From assembly GCA_041687695.1 (NCBI GenBank), contig JAWLBL010000025.1, positions 76,129-140,128 of the forward strand: a stretch of 64,000 bases of DNA, given 5' to 3'. The DNA is from Myxococcota bacterium. GTDB taxonomy: Bacteria; Myxococcota_A; UBA9042; PHBI01; JAWLBL01. This document shows positions 24,801 through 34,780 of this stretch, one piece after another (within the stretch, counting starts at the first letter, position 1; every line of letters begins with the position of its first letter). Below the pieces are notes generated by a model that saw nothing but the letters and a program-made list of their open reading frames with translations, was not told where the DNA came from and did not search any database. The position numbers and the translations under genes are program-made.

Positions 24801-26751
24801 AGGGCAGGGCGGGCGCGCACAGGCACCGGGTCTGCCCGTCGACCGCGAAGCCGTCCTGGTCCAGGTCGGCCAGGTACTCGGTGCACCCGGTCGCTCCCTC
24901 CTCATCGATGAAGCCGTCGCAGTCGTCGTCCAGGCCGTTGCAGGCCTCGACCCCGCCCGGCTTGGCGTCGGCCGACAGGTCGTTGCAGTCGCCGCCCTGG
25001 GCCGCCGTGTAGGGCGCCGCCCCCTCGCACACGCACTGCAGATCGCCCGACAGGCCGAAGCCGTCCCCGTCCTCGTCCCGGTAGGCCGGCGCGCACCCGA
25101 CCGCGCCCGGCTCGTCGACGAGGCCGTCGCAGTCGTTGTCGACGCCGTCGCACACCTCGGGCAGCTGCGGGTTGCGCTCGGCGTCGCCGTCGTCGCAGTC
25201 GCCCCCGACCGTCACGACGTAGGCCCCGGCCGGCGCGCACAGACACGCGAAGGCCTGCTTGTCGCCGAAGCCGTCGCCGTCGGCGTCCTCGAAGTACAGG
25301 ACGCACTTGCCCGCGCCCTCCTCGTCGGTCTGCCCGTCGCAGTCGTTGTCCAGGCCGTCGCACAGCTCGACCGAGCCCGGGTTCGCCTTGGGCTCGGCGT
25401 CGTCGCAGTCGGTCTTGTCCTTGGCGGTCATGACGCCCGCCGGCGCGCACAGGCAGGCGCTGACGGCGGCGTCCCCGTACCCGTCGCCGTCCACGTCGGC
25501 GAAGTAGCCGAAGCACCCCGTCGCCCCCGGCTCGTCCGTCTCCCCGTCGCAGTCGTCGTCCAGGCCGTTGCAGACCTCGAAGCCGCCCGGGTTCGCCTTC
25601 TTGGCCGCGTCGTTGCAGTCGCCGCCCTTGGTCGCCGTCAGCGCCCCCTCGGGGCCGCACAGGCAGACCGGCTCGCCGACGCCCCAGCCGTCGCCGTCCT
25701 CGTCCAGGTAGTGGTCGACGCAGCCGCTGCCGTCCTCGTCCGTCTCCCCGTCGCAGTCGTCGTCCTTGCCGTTGCAGACCTCGGCGGCGGGCGCGACGCC
25801 CTCGCAGGTCACGCCGCCCTCGCCGCCGCAGGCCGTCACGCCCGGGCAGCTGCCGTGCGCGTTGTCGATGGCGCAGGGCTCGCTCGCGAAGCCCTCGTCG
25901 ACCGCGCCGTCGCAGTCGTTGTCGACGCCGTCGCACAGGTCGGGGCTCGGCTCGGCCGCGTCGCAGGCCGTCAGGGCGCCCGCCGGGTCGTCCGGCGCGC
26001 ACCGCCGCTCGCCCGGGCACGAGCCGGCGGCGTTGGTGTGGTGGCACGTCGTCCCCAGCCCCAGCGCGGTCGCCTTCGGCGAGCACGCGCAGGTCCCCGT
26101 CTCGGGGACGCACTGCTCGCTGACCGCGCCCGTGACGTCGGCCACGGTCGCGCAGAAGTAGCCCGCCGGACAGCCCGCCTTGTCGCAGGCGCCGCCGCAG
26201 AAGGCGCCGTCGTCGCCGGCCGCCACGCACCGGTGCGGGGTCGAGTCGTGCTTGGTCGTGCAGTCCGTGTTCTGCGTGCACGGGTCGCACAGGGTCGGGA
26301 AGCGCGGCAGGCACAGGTACAGCACGTCCGGCAGCGCCGACAGGTCCTGCCGGCACGCGAAGTCCCCCGGGCAGCTGGTCGTGCACCCCTTCGAGCAGAC
26401 CTTGCCGCTGGGCGCGTCGACGCAGTAGCTGCTGTTGCAGTCGCCCTCGGTCTGGCAGGGCCAGCCCAGCTCTCCCTCGGTGGGGACGTACGGCCCCAGG
26501 TCGCCCTCGACGTCGGCCCCCACGTCCGCGACGTCCGGCGTCACGTCGGGCCCGCTCGCATCCACGACGTCCGTCGGGTCCGGCTTGGTGTCCCCGCCCG
26601 CCTCGACCGAGGCGTCCTCGGCCGACGAGGTCGCGTCGCCCCCACAGCCGGCGGCCACCACGGCGAGCGCGAGCGCCAGCGCCGCCGGCCACCCAACGCT
26701 CGCCGGACCCCGCCTGGGCCCACCACAAACCGCGCGACGTGCGACTCGCAT
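21883..26751 (-). CDS. Giant Cys/Asp-rich surface lipoprotein with C-terminal PQQ-like beta-propeller, copy B
   Basis: GGAGG before ATG 26751; lipobox-like AAGC; 13 units of the same repeat; same architecture as copy A. Confidence 0.85.
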   Translation of the reverse strand: MRVARRAVCGGPRRGPASVGWPAALALALAVVAAGCGGDATSSAEDASVEAGGDTKPDPTDVVDASGPDVTPDVADVGADVEGDLGPYVPTEGELGWPCQTEGDCNSSYCVDAPSGKVCSKGCTTSCPGDFACRQDLSALPDVLYLCLPRFPTLCDPCTQNTDCTTKHDSTPHRCVAAGDDGAFCGGACDKAGCPAGYFCATVADVTGAVSEQCVPETGTCACSPKATALGLGTTCHHTNAAGSCPGERRCAPDDPAGALTACDAAEPSPDLCDGVDNDCDGAVDEGFASEPCAIDNAHGSCPGVTACGGEGGVTCEGVAPAAEVCNGKDDDCDGETDEDGSGCVDHYLDEDGDGWGVGEPVCLCGPEGALTATKGGDCNDAAKKANPGGFEVCNGLDDDCDGETDEPGATGCFGYFADVDGDGYGDAAVSACLCAPAGVMTAKDKTDCDDAEPKANPGSVELCDGLDNDCDGQTDEEGAGKCVLYFEDADGDGFGDKQAFACLCAPAGAYVVTVGGDCDDGDAERNPQLPEVCDGVDNDCDGLVDEPGAVGCAPAYRDEDGDGFGLSGDLQCVCEGAAPYTAAQGGDCNDLSADAKPGGVEACNGLDDDCDGFIDEEGATGCTEYLADLDQDGFAVDGQTRCLCAPALPFTVAVADAAALDCDDKNPLVHPDAAEVCNQIDDDCDGEADEAVDLACSPFYRDADGDGWGVTGDSQCLCKPEGPYVAVKGGDCDDGDKDVHPLAEEQCDDVDRNCNGDPGDVGAVGCALWFRDGDGDGFGVQADYQCLCGAAAPWTTQQGGDCNDDEAGAWPGAAEVCNGLDDDCDGATDEAGAQGCTDYFRDTDGDGFGVASDVRCLCEPAPPYVATVGGDCDDLAPQISPGAEEVCDGLDNDCNGVADDPDIEGCTVYYRDTDGDTFGRTDEAQCLCAPKGTFTATQGGDCDDLQAAFNPKATEQCNGQDDDCDGAVDEADAVGCYPYMLDQDGDTFGVAGDTRCLCAPGDGYGAFIGGDCDDLVAAVNPGAAETCNGVDDDCDGLTDPEGAGGCVEYLVDGDGDGYGVTGSGQCLCALAPPYQVGVGGDCDDEDAQRHPGVAEVCNGVDDDCDGFVDETDAAGCATYFLDGDGDGFGVAGASLCLCSPLAAYTAAEAGDCDDANPARNPDEVEACNGVDDDCDGQTDGVGVEGCVTLYEDVDGDTWGDDGSALCLCASEGDHTASRGGDCDDDAAAVRPDASETCNAIDDDCDGVVDEGCGLSTTGWPTYLFDARRIGHSMLVSAPTSSGSGLRWKKTLVAGAELEGSPVILDDGSIVALAGSKLFRLQASNGATLYERDLPAPAFKRASPSVRAGGTMLVPAGRELLMVRPDLSTIWATPLPGADDDVIVASPLVDAVGNTYVVTNAALHRVGPDGVVAWSTPVPNSKTKHAELALGPSGRVYFAAADHKVYAVDKNGAVLWTFAVSGQSAGGSVVVSQTGTLYQTFGSTLYAINDAGAQAVQVATVGTGSTNHSNLAIHNTGFQCCNPQDFVFVSPQGGTGLRRFTSALGTSWTASVSKPSAPGASPVFDTNGDVYVGAGNSRFHAFTQSGSTLWTFTTGAAVDGAAAIGPGYVVFGDDAGTLYCID

Positions 26752-26889
26752 CTGCCCTCCCGCCGACCAGGGGCCCGACCGACGGGCATCATAGGCCTCG
26801 CCGCGGCGCATGGGAATGGCAGGCTCGCGTCCGCCGCCCGCGCCCCTCACGTTCAGACGGGACACGGGGTCGCCGCTCTCCAGCGACGC

Positions 26890-27390
26890 TCAGCCGTCCT
26901 CGGGCCGCCGCTCCAGCGTCACGAAGGCGAGCTCGCCGCGCTCGTCCCGCTCGACCTCTCGCCACTGGGCGCGGTCGAACGGCGGGAACGACACGTCCCC
27001 CGCCACGTCGCGGTGGACCTCGGTCCAGTAGATCCGGCTCGCCACCGGCAGGGCCAGGCGGAACAGGTCGGCGCCGCCGATGACCCGCGGCTCGGGATCG
27101 CCTTGCCGCGCCAGCGCCAAGGCCTCGTCCAGCGAATGCGCCACCTCGGCGCCCTCGGCCACGTAGCCGGCCTGGCGCGTCACCACGATGTTGCGCCGCC
27201 TGGGCAGCGGGCGGCCGATGGACTCCCAGGTCTTGCGGCCCATGATGACCGCGTGGCCCAGGGTCTTGGCCTTGAAGTGCTTGAGATCCTCGGGCAGGTG
27301 CCAGGGCAGGGCGCCGCCCGCCCCGATGACGCCGCTATCGGCCACCGCGACGACCAGCACCAGCCCGGCCTGGGGCGCCTCGGCGCTCAC
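26890..27390 (-). CDS. folA: Dihydrofolate reductase
   Basis: [51 protein letters not shown]. Confidence 0.96.
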   Translation of the reverse strand: MSAEAPQAGLVLVVAVADSGVIGAGGALPWHLPEDLKHFKAKTLGHAVIMGRKTWESIGRPLPRRRNIVVTRQAGYVAEGAEVAHSLDEALALARQGDPEPRVIGGADLFRLALPVASRIYWTEVHRDVAGDVSFPPFDRAQWREVERDERGELAFVTLERRPEDG

Positions 27391-28229
27391 ACCGACACCT
27401 CGGCCTTGATGTGGGGGTGCGGGTCGTAGCCCTCGAGCCGGAAGTCCTCGAAGCGAAAGGCGAACAGGTCCGTCACCGCGGGATTGAGGACCATGCGCGG
27501 CAGCGGCCGGGGCGCGCGCGTCAGCTGCAGGCGCGCCTGCTCGAGGTGGTTCGAGTACAGGTGGGCGTCGCCCAGCGTGTGGACGAAGTCCCCCGGCCGC
27601 AGCCCCGCGACCTGGGCGATCATCAGGGTCAGCAGCGCGTAGCTGGCGATGTTGAAGGGCACGCCCAGGAACACGTCGCCCGAGCGTTGGTACAGCTGAC
27701 AGCTCAGCTCGCCCTGGCTGACGTACAGCTGGAACAGCGTGTGGCAGGGCGGCAGCGCGACCTGGTCGGCCTCCTTGGGGTTCCAGCCGGTGACGATGAG
27801 GCGGCGGCTGTTGGGGTTGTGCCGCAGCTCATCGAGCAGACGCAGAATCTGGTCGACACCGTCGGCCTCCCAGGTCCCGTCCGGCCGCGGCGTCGCGCCG
27901 AAGTTGCGCCACTGGTGGCCGTAGATGGGCCCCAGATCCCCCTCGGCGCGGCCGAAGCGGGCGGTCTGCTCGGCGGTGGCCCACTCGTCCCAGATGCGGA
28001 CGCCGGCCTCCTGCAGCGACCCGACGTGGGTCTCGCCGCGCAAAAACCACAGCAGCTCGTGCAGGATCGAGCGCAGGTGAAGCTTCTTGGTCGTCAGCAG
28101 CGGGAAACCCGCCCGCAGATCGAAGCGCATCTGGTGCCCGAACACGCTCAGCGTGCCCGTCCCGGTGCGGTCGTCGCGCCGGACGCCCTCCCGCAGGATC
28201 CGGTCCAATAGATCGAGATACTGCTGCAT
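27387..28229 (-). CDS. thyA: Thymidylate synthase
   Basis: [20 protein letters not shown] catalytic Cys, [18 protein letters not shown]. Confidence 0.97.
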   Translation of the reverse strand: MQQYLDLLDRILREGVRRDDRTGTGTLSVFGHQMRFDLRAGFPLLTTKKLHLRSILHELLWFLRGETHVGSLQEAGVRIWDEWATAEQTARFGRAEGDLGPIYGHQWRNFGATPRPDGTWEADGVDQILRLLDELRHNPNSRRLIVTGWNPKEADQVALPPCHTLFQLYVSQGELSCQLYQRSGDVFLGVPFNIASYALLTLMIAQVAGLRPGDFVHTLGDAHLYSNHLEQARLQLTRAPRPLPRMVLNPAVTDLFAFRFEDFRLEGYDPHPHIKAEVSV

Positions 28230-28305
28230 GGCGCCTCACTACCCCGAGCCATCCCGCCCAAGCAAGCGTTGGCGCAGGCCGGTGGGTCCCCCATACTCGC
28301 CGGCC

Positions 28306-28983
28306 ATGACCGCCCCCGCGCCCGCCACCGAAGCCGAGCTGCTCGCCCGCGCCCGCCGCCTCGCCGGCCGCTCCCTCGCCGCGGTCGCCGCCGAGCTCGA
28401 GGTCCCGGTCCCGCCCGATCTCCGCCGCCACAAGGGCTGGGTCGGCCACCTGGTCGAGCGCGCCCTGGGCGCCACCGCCGCCAGCCGCGCCGAGCCCGAC
28501 TTCCCCCAGCTGGGCGTCGAGCTCAAGACCCTGCCGGTCGACGCGCGCGGCCGCCCCCGCGAGTCGACCTGGGTGTGCACCGCGCCGCTGGCCGACCTCG
28601 ACGCCCTCGACTGGGAGACCTCGCCCGTCCGCCACAAGCTGGCCCGCGTCCTGTGGGTCCCCGTCCAGGCCGACCCCGCCATCCCGCTGGCCGACCGCCG
28701 CCTGGGCAGCCCGCTCATGTGGACCGCCGCCCCCGACGAGGAGCGCGCCCTCCGCGACGACTGGGTCGAGCTGACCGACGTCATCCGCTTGGGGCAGGGC
28801 GAGACCCTCACCGCCCACCACGGCGAGGTGCTGCAGGTCCGCCCCAAGGCCGCCAACGCCCGCGAGCGCAAGCTGGGCGTCGGCCCCAGCGGCTGGCTCG
28901 AGGAGGTCCCGCCGCTGGGCTTCTATCTGCGCGCCCGCTTCACCGCGGCCCTGCTGGCGCGCCACTACGCCCTGCCGGCCTGA
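28306..28983 (+). CDS. mutH: DNA mismatch-repair endonuclease MutH
   Basis: KGWVGHLVERALGA, catalytic PDF-x4-VELKT (D-x6-E-x-K), LQVRPKAAN, GFYLR; single domain of 225 aa. Confidence 0.88.
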   Translation: MTAPAPATEAELLARARRLAGRSLAAVAAELEVPVPPDLRRHKGWVGHLVERALGATAASRAEPDFPQLGVELKTLPVDARGRPRESTWVCTAPLADLDALDWETSPVRHKLARVLWVPVQADPAIPLADRRLGSPLMWTAAPDEERALRDDWVELTDVIRLGQGETLTAHHGEVLQVRPKAANARERKLGVGPSGWLEEVPPLGFYLRARFTAALLARHYALPA

Positions 28984-29043
28984 CGCGCGCTCGTCGCCCA
29001 ACCCCGCGTGCGCGCTTGCGAAATCGCTTCCGGCGCGCCGCGG

Positions 29044-29072
29044 TTGAACGCCCCCCGGGCGTCGGCTATGGT
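29044..29072 (+). promoter_or_regulatory. Putative sigma70-type promoter for tkt
   Basis: TTGAAC, 17 nt, TATGGT; GGAGG SD upstream of ATG 29126. Confidence 0.45.
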
Positions 29073-29125
29073 GCGCCCGCCCGACCCCCCAGGCCCCGCC
29101 CGGCCCCCGTACGGAGGACGCTTCC

Positions 29126-31189
29126 ATGAGTGATCCGCGGCTCGACGAGCTCGTCGTCAACACCCTCAAGACGCTGGCCATCGACGCCGTCGAGCGCGCC
29201 AACTCCGGCCACCCCGGCATGCCGATGGGCATGGCCGACACGGCCTCGGTCCTGTGGCGCCAGTTCCTGGTGGTCGACCCGGCCGATCCCGGCTTCGCCG
29301 ACCGCGACCGCTTCATCCTCTCGGCCGGCCACGGCAGCATGCTGCTGTACGGCCTGCTGCACCTGTCCGGCTTCGACCTGTCGATGGACGAGCTGCAGCG
29401 CTTCCGCCAGCTGGGCTCGAAGACCCCCGGCCACCCCGAGGTGGGCCTGACCCCGGGCGTCGAGACCACCACCGGCCCGCTCGGCCAGGGCTTCGCCAAC
29501 GGCGTCGGCCTGGCGCTGGCCGAGGCGCACCTCGCCGCACGCTTCAACCGCCCCGGCCTCACCCTGGTCGACCACTTCACCTACGCCATCTGCTCGGACG
29601 GCGATCTGCACGAGGGCCTGTCCCACGAGGCCGCCGCCATCGCCGGCCACCTGGGCCTCGGCAAGCTGGTCTACCTCTTCGACGACAACAGCATCACCAT
29701 CGACGGCGCCACCGATCTGTCGACCAGCGAGGACGTCACCGGCCGCTTCGAGGCCTACGGCTGGCACGTCCTGGCGGTCGACGGCCACGACCGCGCGGCC
29801 GTCGCCCAGGCCATCGCCGCCGCCCAGGCCGTCACCGACAAGCCCTCGCTCATCCGCTGCAAGACCCGCATCGGCGCCGGCAGCCCCAACCGCGGCGGCA
29901 CCTCCAAGTCGCACGGCTCGCCGCTGGGCAAGGAAGAGACGCGCCTGACCAAGGAGGCCCTCGGCTGGCCGGTCGACGCCGAGTTCCTGGTCCCCGCCGG
30001 CGTCCGAGAGGCCTTCGCCGAACTGCGCCGCCGCGGCGCCGAAAAGCGCGCCGCCTGGCACGACACCTTCGCCCGCTACCAGGCCGCCCACCCCGAGCTG
30101 GCCGCCGAGTGGCGCCGCATCCACGACGGCGCCGGCCTGCCGGGCGACGTCCAGGCCCACCTGCCGACCTGGGCCGCCGACGCCAAGCCCGAGGCGACCC
30201 GCGTGTCCTCCGGCAAGGTCATCAACGCCCTGGCGCCCCACGTCACCCAGCTGATGGGCGGCTCGGCCGATCTGGCCGGCTCGAACAACACCACCTTGAA
30301 GGACATCCCCTTCGTCCGCCGCGGCGACTACCAAGGGCGCAACGTCCACTTCGGCGTGCGCGAGCACGCGATGGCCGCCATCCTGAACGGTCTGGCCCTG
30401 CACGGCGGCGTCATCCCCTACGCCGGCACCTTCCTGACCTTCAGCGACTACATGCGGCCGTCCATCCGCCTGGCGGCGCTCATGCACCAGCGGGTCGTGC
30501 ACGTCCTGACCCACGACTCCATCTTCCTGGGCGAGGACGGCCCCACCCACCAGTCCATCGAGCACGCGATGGCGCTGCGCCTCATCCCGGGGCTCCACGT
30601 CATGCGCCCGGCCGACGGCCGCGAGACCGCCGCCGCCTGGCTCGCCGCGCTGCGCCGCACCGACGGCCCGACCGCGATGCTGCTCACCCGCCAGAACCTG
30701 CCCCAGCTGCCCGGCAGCGAGAGCGCCGTCGAGGGCGTCGCCAAGGGCGGCTACGTCGTCCACGGCGACCCGGACGCGCGCCCCGACGTCATCCTCATCG
30801 CGACCGGCTCCGAGGTGCACCTGTGCACCCAGGCCGCCGCCATCCTCGAGGGCCGCGGCCTGTCGGTCCGCGTCGTCTCGATGCCCTGCGTCGAGCGCTT
30901 CATGGCGCAGCCCGAGGTCTACCGCCTGGCCGTCCTGCCGCCCGAGTGCCCCATCCGCCTGTCGGTCGAGGCCGGCCGCACCCTGGGCTGGGAGCGCTTC
31001 GTCGGCCCGCTGGGCGCCAGCATCGGCATCGACCGCTTCGGCGAGTCGGCCCCCGCCGAGGATCTCGCCACCTTCTTCGGCCTGACCGTCGACAACGTGG
31101 TCAACCAGGCGCTGGGCCTGCTCGGCACCGCCCGCCAGCGCGCCCGTGACCAGCGCGCGCTGCTGGACCACCTCGTCGGCGGACCTTGA
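29126..31189 (+). CDS. tkt: Transketolase
   Basis: [44 protein letters not shown] motif, [15 protein letters not shown]. Confidence 0.97.
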   Translation: MSDPRLDELVVNTLKTLAIDAVERANSGHPGMPMGMADTASVLWRQFLVVDPADPGFADRDRFILSAGHGSMLLYGLLHLSGFDLSMDELQRFRQLGSKTPGHPEVGLTPGVETTTGPLGQGFANGVGLALAEAHLAARFNRPGLTLVDHFTYAICSDGDLHEGLSHEAAAIAGHLGLGKLVYLFDDNSITIDGATDLSTSEDVTGRFEAYGWHVLAVDGHDRAAVAQAIAAAQAVTDKPSLIRCKTRIGAGSPNRGGTSKSHGSPLGKEETRLTKEALGWPVDAEFLVPAGVREAFAELRRRGAEKRAAWHDTFARYQAAHPELAAEWRRIHDGAGLPGDVQAHLPTWAADAKPEATRVSSGKVINALAPHVTQLMGGSADLAGSNNTTLKDIPFVRRGDYQGRNVHFGVREHAMAAILNGLALHGGVIPYAGTFLTFSDYMRPSIRLAALMHQRVVHVLTHDSIFLGEDGPTHQSIEHAMALRLIPGLHVMRPADGRETAAAWLAALRRTDGPTAMLLTRQNLPQLPGSESAVEGVAKGGYVVHGDPDARPDVILIATGSEVHLCTQAAAILEGRGLSVRVVSMPCVERFMAQPEVYRLAVLPPECPIRLSVEAGRTLGWERFVGPLGASIGIDRFGESAPAEDLATFFGLTVDNVVNQALGLLGTARQRARDQRALLDHLVGGP

Positions 31190-32127
31190 TCGCCCTTGGA
31201 GTCGACGCCGAGAACCTGGCCCTCGCCCCCGCGGCGGCGGCCTGGCTCGGCGACGTCCTGCCGTACCAGGGGACGCCTCCGGCCCAGGCCGAGGCGCTCC
31301 TCATCCGCTCGACCCTGCGGCTCGACGACGCGCTGCTCGGCCGCCTGCCGCGCCTGCGCCTGGTCGCGACCGCCAGCAGCGGCACCGACCACGTCGACAC
31401 GGACGCCCTGGCGCGGCGCGGCATCGCCTTCGGGGCCGCCCCGGGCGCCAACGCCGAGGCGGTCGCCGACTGGGTGCAGCTGGCCTTGGAGCGCCTCGAG
31501 GTCGGCCCCGCGACCGTCGGCGTCATCGGCGTCGGCCACGTCGGCCGCGCCGTCGCCGCGCGCCTCGGCCCGCTGGGCCATCGCCTCTTGCTGTGCGACC
31601 CGCCCCGCGCCGGCCGAGAGCCCGGCTTCCCGCACCGAAGCCTCGACGACCTCCTGGCCCAGGCCGACGTCCTGACCCTGCACGTCCCGCTCGACCCCTC
31701 GACCCGCGATCTCCTCGACGCGGCGGCCCTGCAGCGCTTCGGCGGCCACGTCGTCCTCAACGCCGCCCGTGGCCACGTCCTGAACGAGCCCGCCGCCCGC
31801 GCCTGGCGGCAGGGCGGGGCAGGGCGCCGCCTGGCCCTCGACGTCTTCGCTGGCGAGCCCAACCCCGACCCGGCCACCCTGGCCGCCGCCGACTTCGTCA
31901 CCCCCCACGTCGCCGGCCACACCACCGAGGCCAAGACCGAGGCGGTCCGCCGCGCCATCGCCTGGCTGGCCACCCAGCTGGGCCGCGACCCGGCCGACAT
32001 GCCCCCGACGCCCCCGCCGGTCGTCCCCGGCGATCCCAGCGCCATCCTGGCCGCCGCCGACGCCGCCCTGCGCGCCGGCCAGCCCTTCAAAGAGGTCCGC
32101 GCCGCCTCGGTCCGCCCTCCGCTCTGA
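31186..32127 (+). CDS. D-2-hydroxyacid dehydrogenase, erythronate-4-phosphate dehydrogenase (PdxB)-like
   Basis: [60 protein letters not shown]. Confidence 0.75.
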   Translation: MIALGVDAENLALAPAAAAWLGDVLPYQGTPPAQAEALLIRSTLRLDDALLGRLPRLRLVATASSGTDHVDTDALARRGIAFGAAPGANAEAVADWVQLALERLEVGPATVGVIGVGHVGRAVAARLGPLGHRLLLCDPPRAGREPGFPHRSLDDLLAQADVLTLHVPLDPSTRDLLDAAALQRFGGHVVLNAARGHVLNEPAARAWRQGGAGRRLALDVFAGEPNPDPATLAAADFVTPHVAGHTTEAKTEAVRRAIAWLATQLGRDPADMPPTPPPVVPGDPSAILAAADAALRAGQPFKEVRAASVRPPL

Positions 32128-32200
32128 AGCGTCGTCGGCTCGGCCTCACCGGGCGCACGACCGCATGAATCCTACCGCGAACGCGTGTTTTCGATCTGCA

Positions 32201-32392
32201 GGACCCTTCGCGGCAGCTGCGAGGCCCTGTCCCAGCCGCCAGAGGACCTTCGCGGCCGCCGCGAAGCCATGTTGGACCTGCAAGAGGGCTTCGCGGCCGC
32301 TGCGAAGCCCTGTTGGACCCGCGAGGGGGCCTTCGCGGCAGCCGCGAAGCCCTGTTGAACCCGCAAGAGGCCTTCGCGGCCGCCGAGACGGC
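32201..32392. repeat. Intergenic array of five palindromic REP-like units, 41-42 bp period
   Basis: TTCGCGGC at 32207, 32249, 32290, 32332, 32373; core CTTCGCGGC-N-GCYGCGAAG is self-complementary. Confidence 0.8.
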
Positions 32393-32493
32393 CATTTCGA
32401 GCCCAGGACGCGCCTCGAACCCATCTTGGGGCCTCGTCCCGAAGGCCGCTCCCGGCTCCAATCGACGCGCGGGCTGTGCTACAACCCCGCGCC

Positions 32494-33054
32494 ATGCGAC
32501 GCGCCCTCGAGACCCTCGCCTTCATCGCGCTGCTCGCGCCGGCGCCCGCCGCCATCGCGGCCCCGCCGCAGCCGCCGGCGGCCTCTACCCGGCCCGGCTA
32601 CCGCACCGACATCATCTTCCTGCGCGCCATGCCGGCCTCGCGCGCCATCGCGCTGTACAACCGGGTCATCGGGCCCGGCCCCGGCGCGCGCATCGTCCCC
32701 GACGACGACGAGCGCCGCCTCATCGTCTACGACGACGCCAGCCGCCTCGCGCGCTTCCGCGAGCTCCTCACCCACCTCGACGTCCCCACGGACGCCGATC
32801 TCCGCATCTACGTCCGCCCGGTCGTCTACGTCGCCCCCAGCGATCTGGCCGCCCGCCTGCGCGACGTCATGCGCGCCGCCGCCCCCGGCCCGCTGACCCT
32901 GGTCCCCGACGACCGCGGCTCGGTCCTGGTCGTCCACGCCTCGCGCGCCACCTACGCCACCCTCGACAAGCTCGCGCGGCGCCTCGACGTGCCGCCCGGA
33001 CAGGGCGAGCGCGCGATCCGCACCGCGCCGCGCCCGGACGGAGCCCACCCATGA
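32494..33054 (+). CDS. Secreted protein with two secretin N-terminal (GspD N1/N2-like) domains and no secretin barrel
   Basis: Signal peptide; two repeats of the pattern I..L....A....(I/L)VPDD...L(I/V)V......L...LDVP. Confidence 0.6.
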   Translation: MRRALETLAFIALLAPAPAAIAAPPQPPAASTRPGYRTDIIFLRAMPASRAIALYNRVIGPGPGARIVPDDDERRLIVYDDASRLARFRELLTHLDVPTDADLRIYVRPVVYVAPSDLAARLRDVMRAAAPGPLTLVPDDRGSVLVVHASRATYATLDKLARRLDVPPGQGERAIRTAPRPDGAHP

Positions 33055-33686
33055 CCCGCCTGCTCGCGCTCGCAGCCAGCGCGCTCACCGTCGCCGCCTG
33101 CGCCTCTTCCATTCGCTCGGCGGTCGCCCCCGGCCCGCCGGCGCAGGCCAACGAGCTGTTCCTGGTCGACGTGCTCGAGGCGCCTCCGTCGCGCCCCACC
33201 GAGCTGGTCAGCCTCTCGGTCGCCGAGTGGGACCGAGACGACCCGCTGCCGGCGCAGCCCAACGAGGACGTCGTCGACGCCATGAAGCGCGTCGCGGCGG
33301 CCCAGGGCGCCGGCGTGCTGGTCATCGAGCGACTCGACACCCAGTGGCGCCGCGCCTTCTACGGCCTGGGCCTGCGCTTCGTCGAGGCGCCGCCGCCCGA
33401 GCCACCCGAGTGCACCCACCCCGAAGCCACACAGGCCCTGGCCGACGCCCGCCGCCGCGCCCAGGCGTGCCTGGCCCTGGTCCGCCAGCAGCGCCCGAAC
33501 CTGCAGGGCGCCGTCACCGTCGCCTTCGAGATAGACCCCTTCGGCGCGGCCCGCCTGGCGGCCACCACGCCCGACTCGACCCGCGACGGGCAGGTCCAGG
33601 CCTGCGCCCTCGAGGCCGTCCACCGCACCGACTTCGGCACGCCGCCCGGCCTGGGCTGCCGCCTGCGGCTCGAGGTGGCGCTGTGA
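33051..33686 (+). CDS. Lipoprotein with C-terminal TonB-C/AgmX-like domain
   Basis: Lipobox VAAC; C-terminus QAC..PNLQGAVTVAFEIDPFG..VQACALEAV..F. Confidence 0.55.
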   Translation: MTRLLALAASALTVAACASSIRSAVAPGPPAQANELFLVDVLEAPPSRPTELVSLSVAEWDRDDPLPAQPNEDVVDAMKRVAAAQGAGVLVIERLDTQWRRAFYGLGLRFVEAPPPEPPECTHPEATQALADARRRAQACLALVRQQRPNLQGAVTVAFEIDPFGAARLAATTPDSTRDGQVQACALEAVHRTDFGTPPGLGCRLRLEVAL

Positions 33687-34780
33687 GCCCGGGCGCCCTG
33701 ACGACCACCCACTTCGAGGTCGCGCTGCCCGAGGACGAGCAGCTCGCCCGCCGCCTGGGCGTGTCGCTCGAGGCCGTGCAGCTCACGCGCAAGAGCGACG
33801 TCATCGATCTCCACGTCGACACCTTCATCCCGCCGCGCCTTTGGGGCTACGACCTGCTCGAGCGCCACGAGCGCGGCCCACTGGCCGGCCGCTTCTTCGG
33901 CCACCTGGACTTCCACCGCATCCTCGAGGGCGGGATGACGGGCGCGATGTGGTCCATCACCACCAACCCGTTCCGCACGGCCGGCTCGCGCTGGCAGCAG
34001 TTCCAGAAGAACCTGACCCGCTTCCAGGGCCTCATCGAGCGCACCCGCGGGCGCTATCGCTTCGCCCGCACGCGCGCCGAGTACGACGCCGCCCGCCAGG
34101 CCGGCGCGCACGCCGTCATGCTGGCCATCCAGGGCGGCAACGCGCTGGAGGCGGCCCCCGAAGGCGTGGCCTCGCTGCCCGACCAGCTCGTCACCCGCGT
34201 CACCCTGGTGCACCTGACCAACTCGGTCTACGGCGTCACCTCCAGCCCGCTCGCCGGCATGAAGCGCGGGCGCGGCCTGACCGGTCAGGGCCGCGACTTC
34301 GTCCGTCAGCTCGACGCCCACCGCATCTTCGTCGATCTGGCCCACATCAACCCCGAGGGGTTCTGGGAGGCGGTCGAGGCCCACGACCGCTCGCTGCCGC
34401 TCATCGCGACCCACACCGGCGTGTCGGGGGTCAAGCCCCACTGGCGCAACCTCGACGACCGGCAGGTGAAGGCCATCGCCGACTCGGGCGGCGTCGTCGG
34501 CGTCATCTTCGCCGCGCAGTTCCTCAGGGTGCGCGGCGGCCCCAGGGACTCCGACATGGTCCTCGATCACCTCGCCCACACGCTGAAGGTCGGCGGCGAG
34601 GACGCGGTCGCCCTGGGCAGCGACTACGACGGCGCCATCACCCCGCCGCCCGACCTGCGCGACGGCCTCGCCTGGCCTCGCCTGGTCCAGCGCATGCTCG
34701 ACCGCGGCTGGAAGACCGAGCGCATCCAGAAGATCCTGGGCAAGAACTTCCTCGCCTCCTTCGCGCGGCTGCGTCCATGA
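33683..34780 (+). CDS. Membrane dipeptidase (peptidase M19 family)
   Basis: IDLHVD, TLVHL, VDLAH, IATHTG, RNLDD, LGSDYDG, ILGKNFL; GTGA overlap with upstream gene. Confidence 0.88.
   Translation: MSPGALTTTHFEVALPEDEQLARRLGVSLEAVQLTRKSDVIDLHVDTFIPPRLWGYDLLERHERGPLAGRFFGHLDFHRILEGGMTGAMWSITTNPFRTAGSRWQQFQKNLTRFQGLIERTRGRYRFARTRAEYDAARQAGAHAVMLAIQGGNALEAAPEGVASLPDQLVTRVTLVHLTNSVYGVTSSPLAGMKRGRGLTGQGRDFVRQLDAHRIFVDLAHINPEGFWEAVEAHDRSLPLIATHTGVSGVKPHWRNLDDRQVKAIADSGGVVGVIFAAQFLRVRGGPRDSDMVLDHLAHTLKVGGEDAVALGSDYDGAITPPPDLRDGLAWPRLVQRMLDRGWKTERIQKILGKNFLASFARLRP

Noticed and set aside
32201..32392. Degenerate CRISPR interpretation of the palindromic array
   Set aside because: Linkers are short and similar to each other rather than unique; the 41-42-bp period is too small
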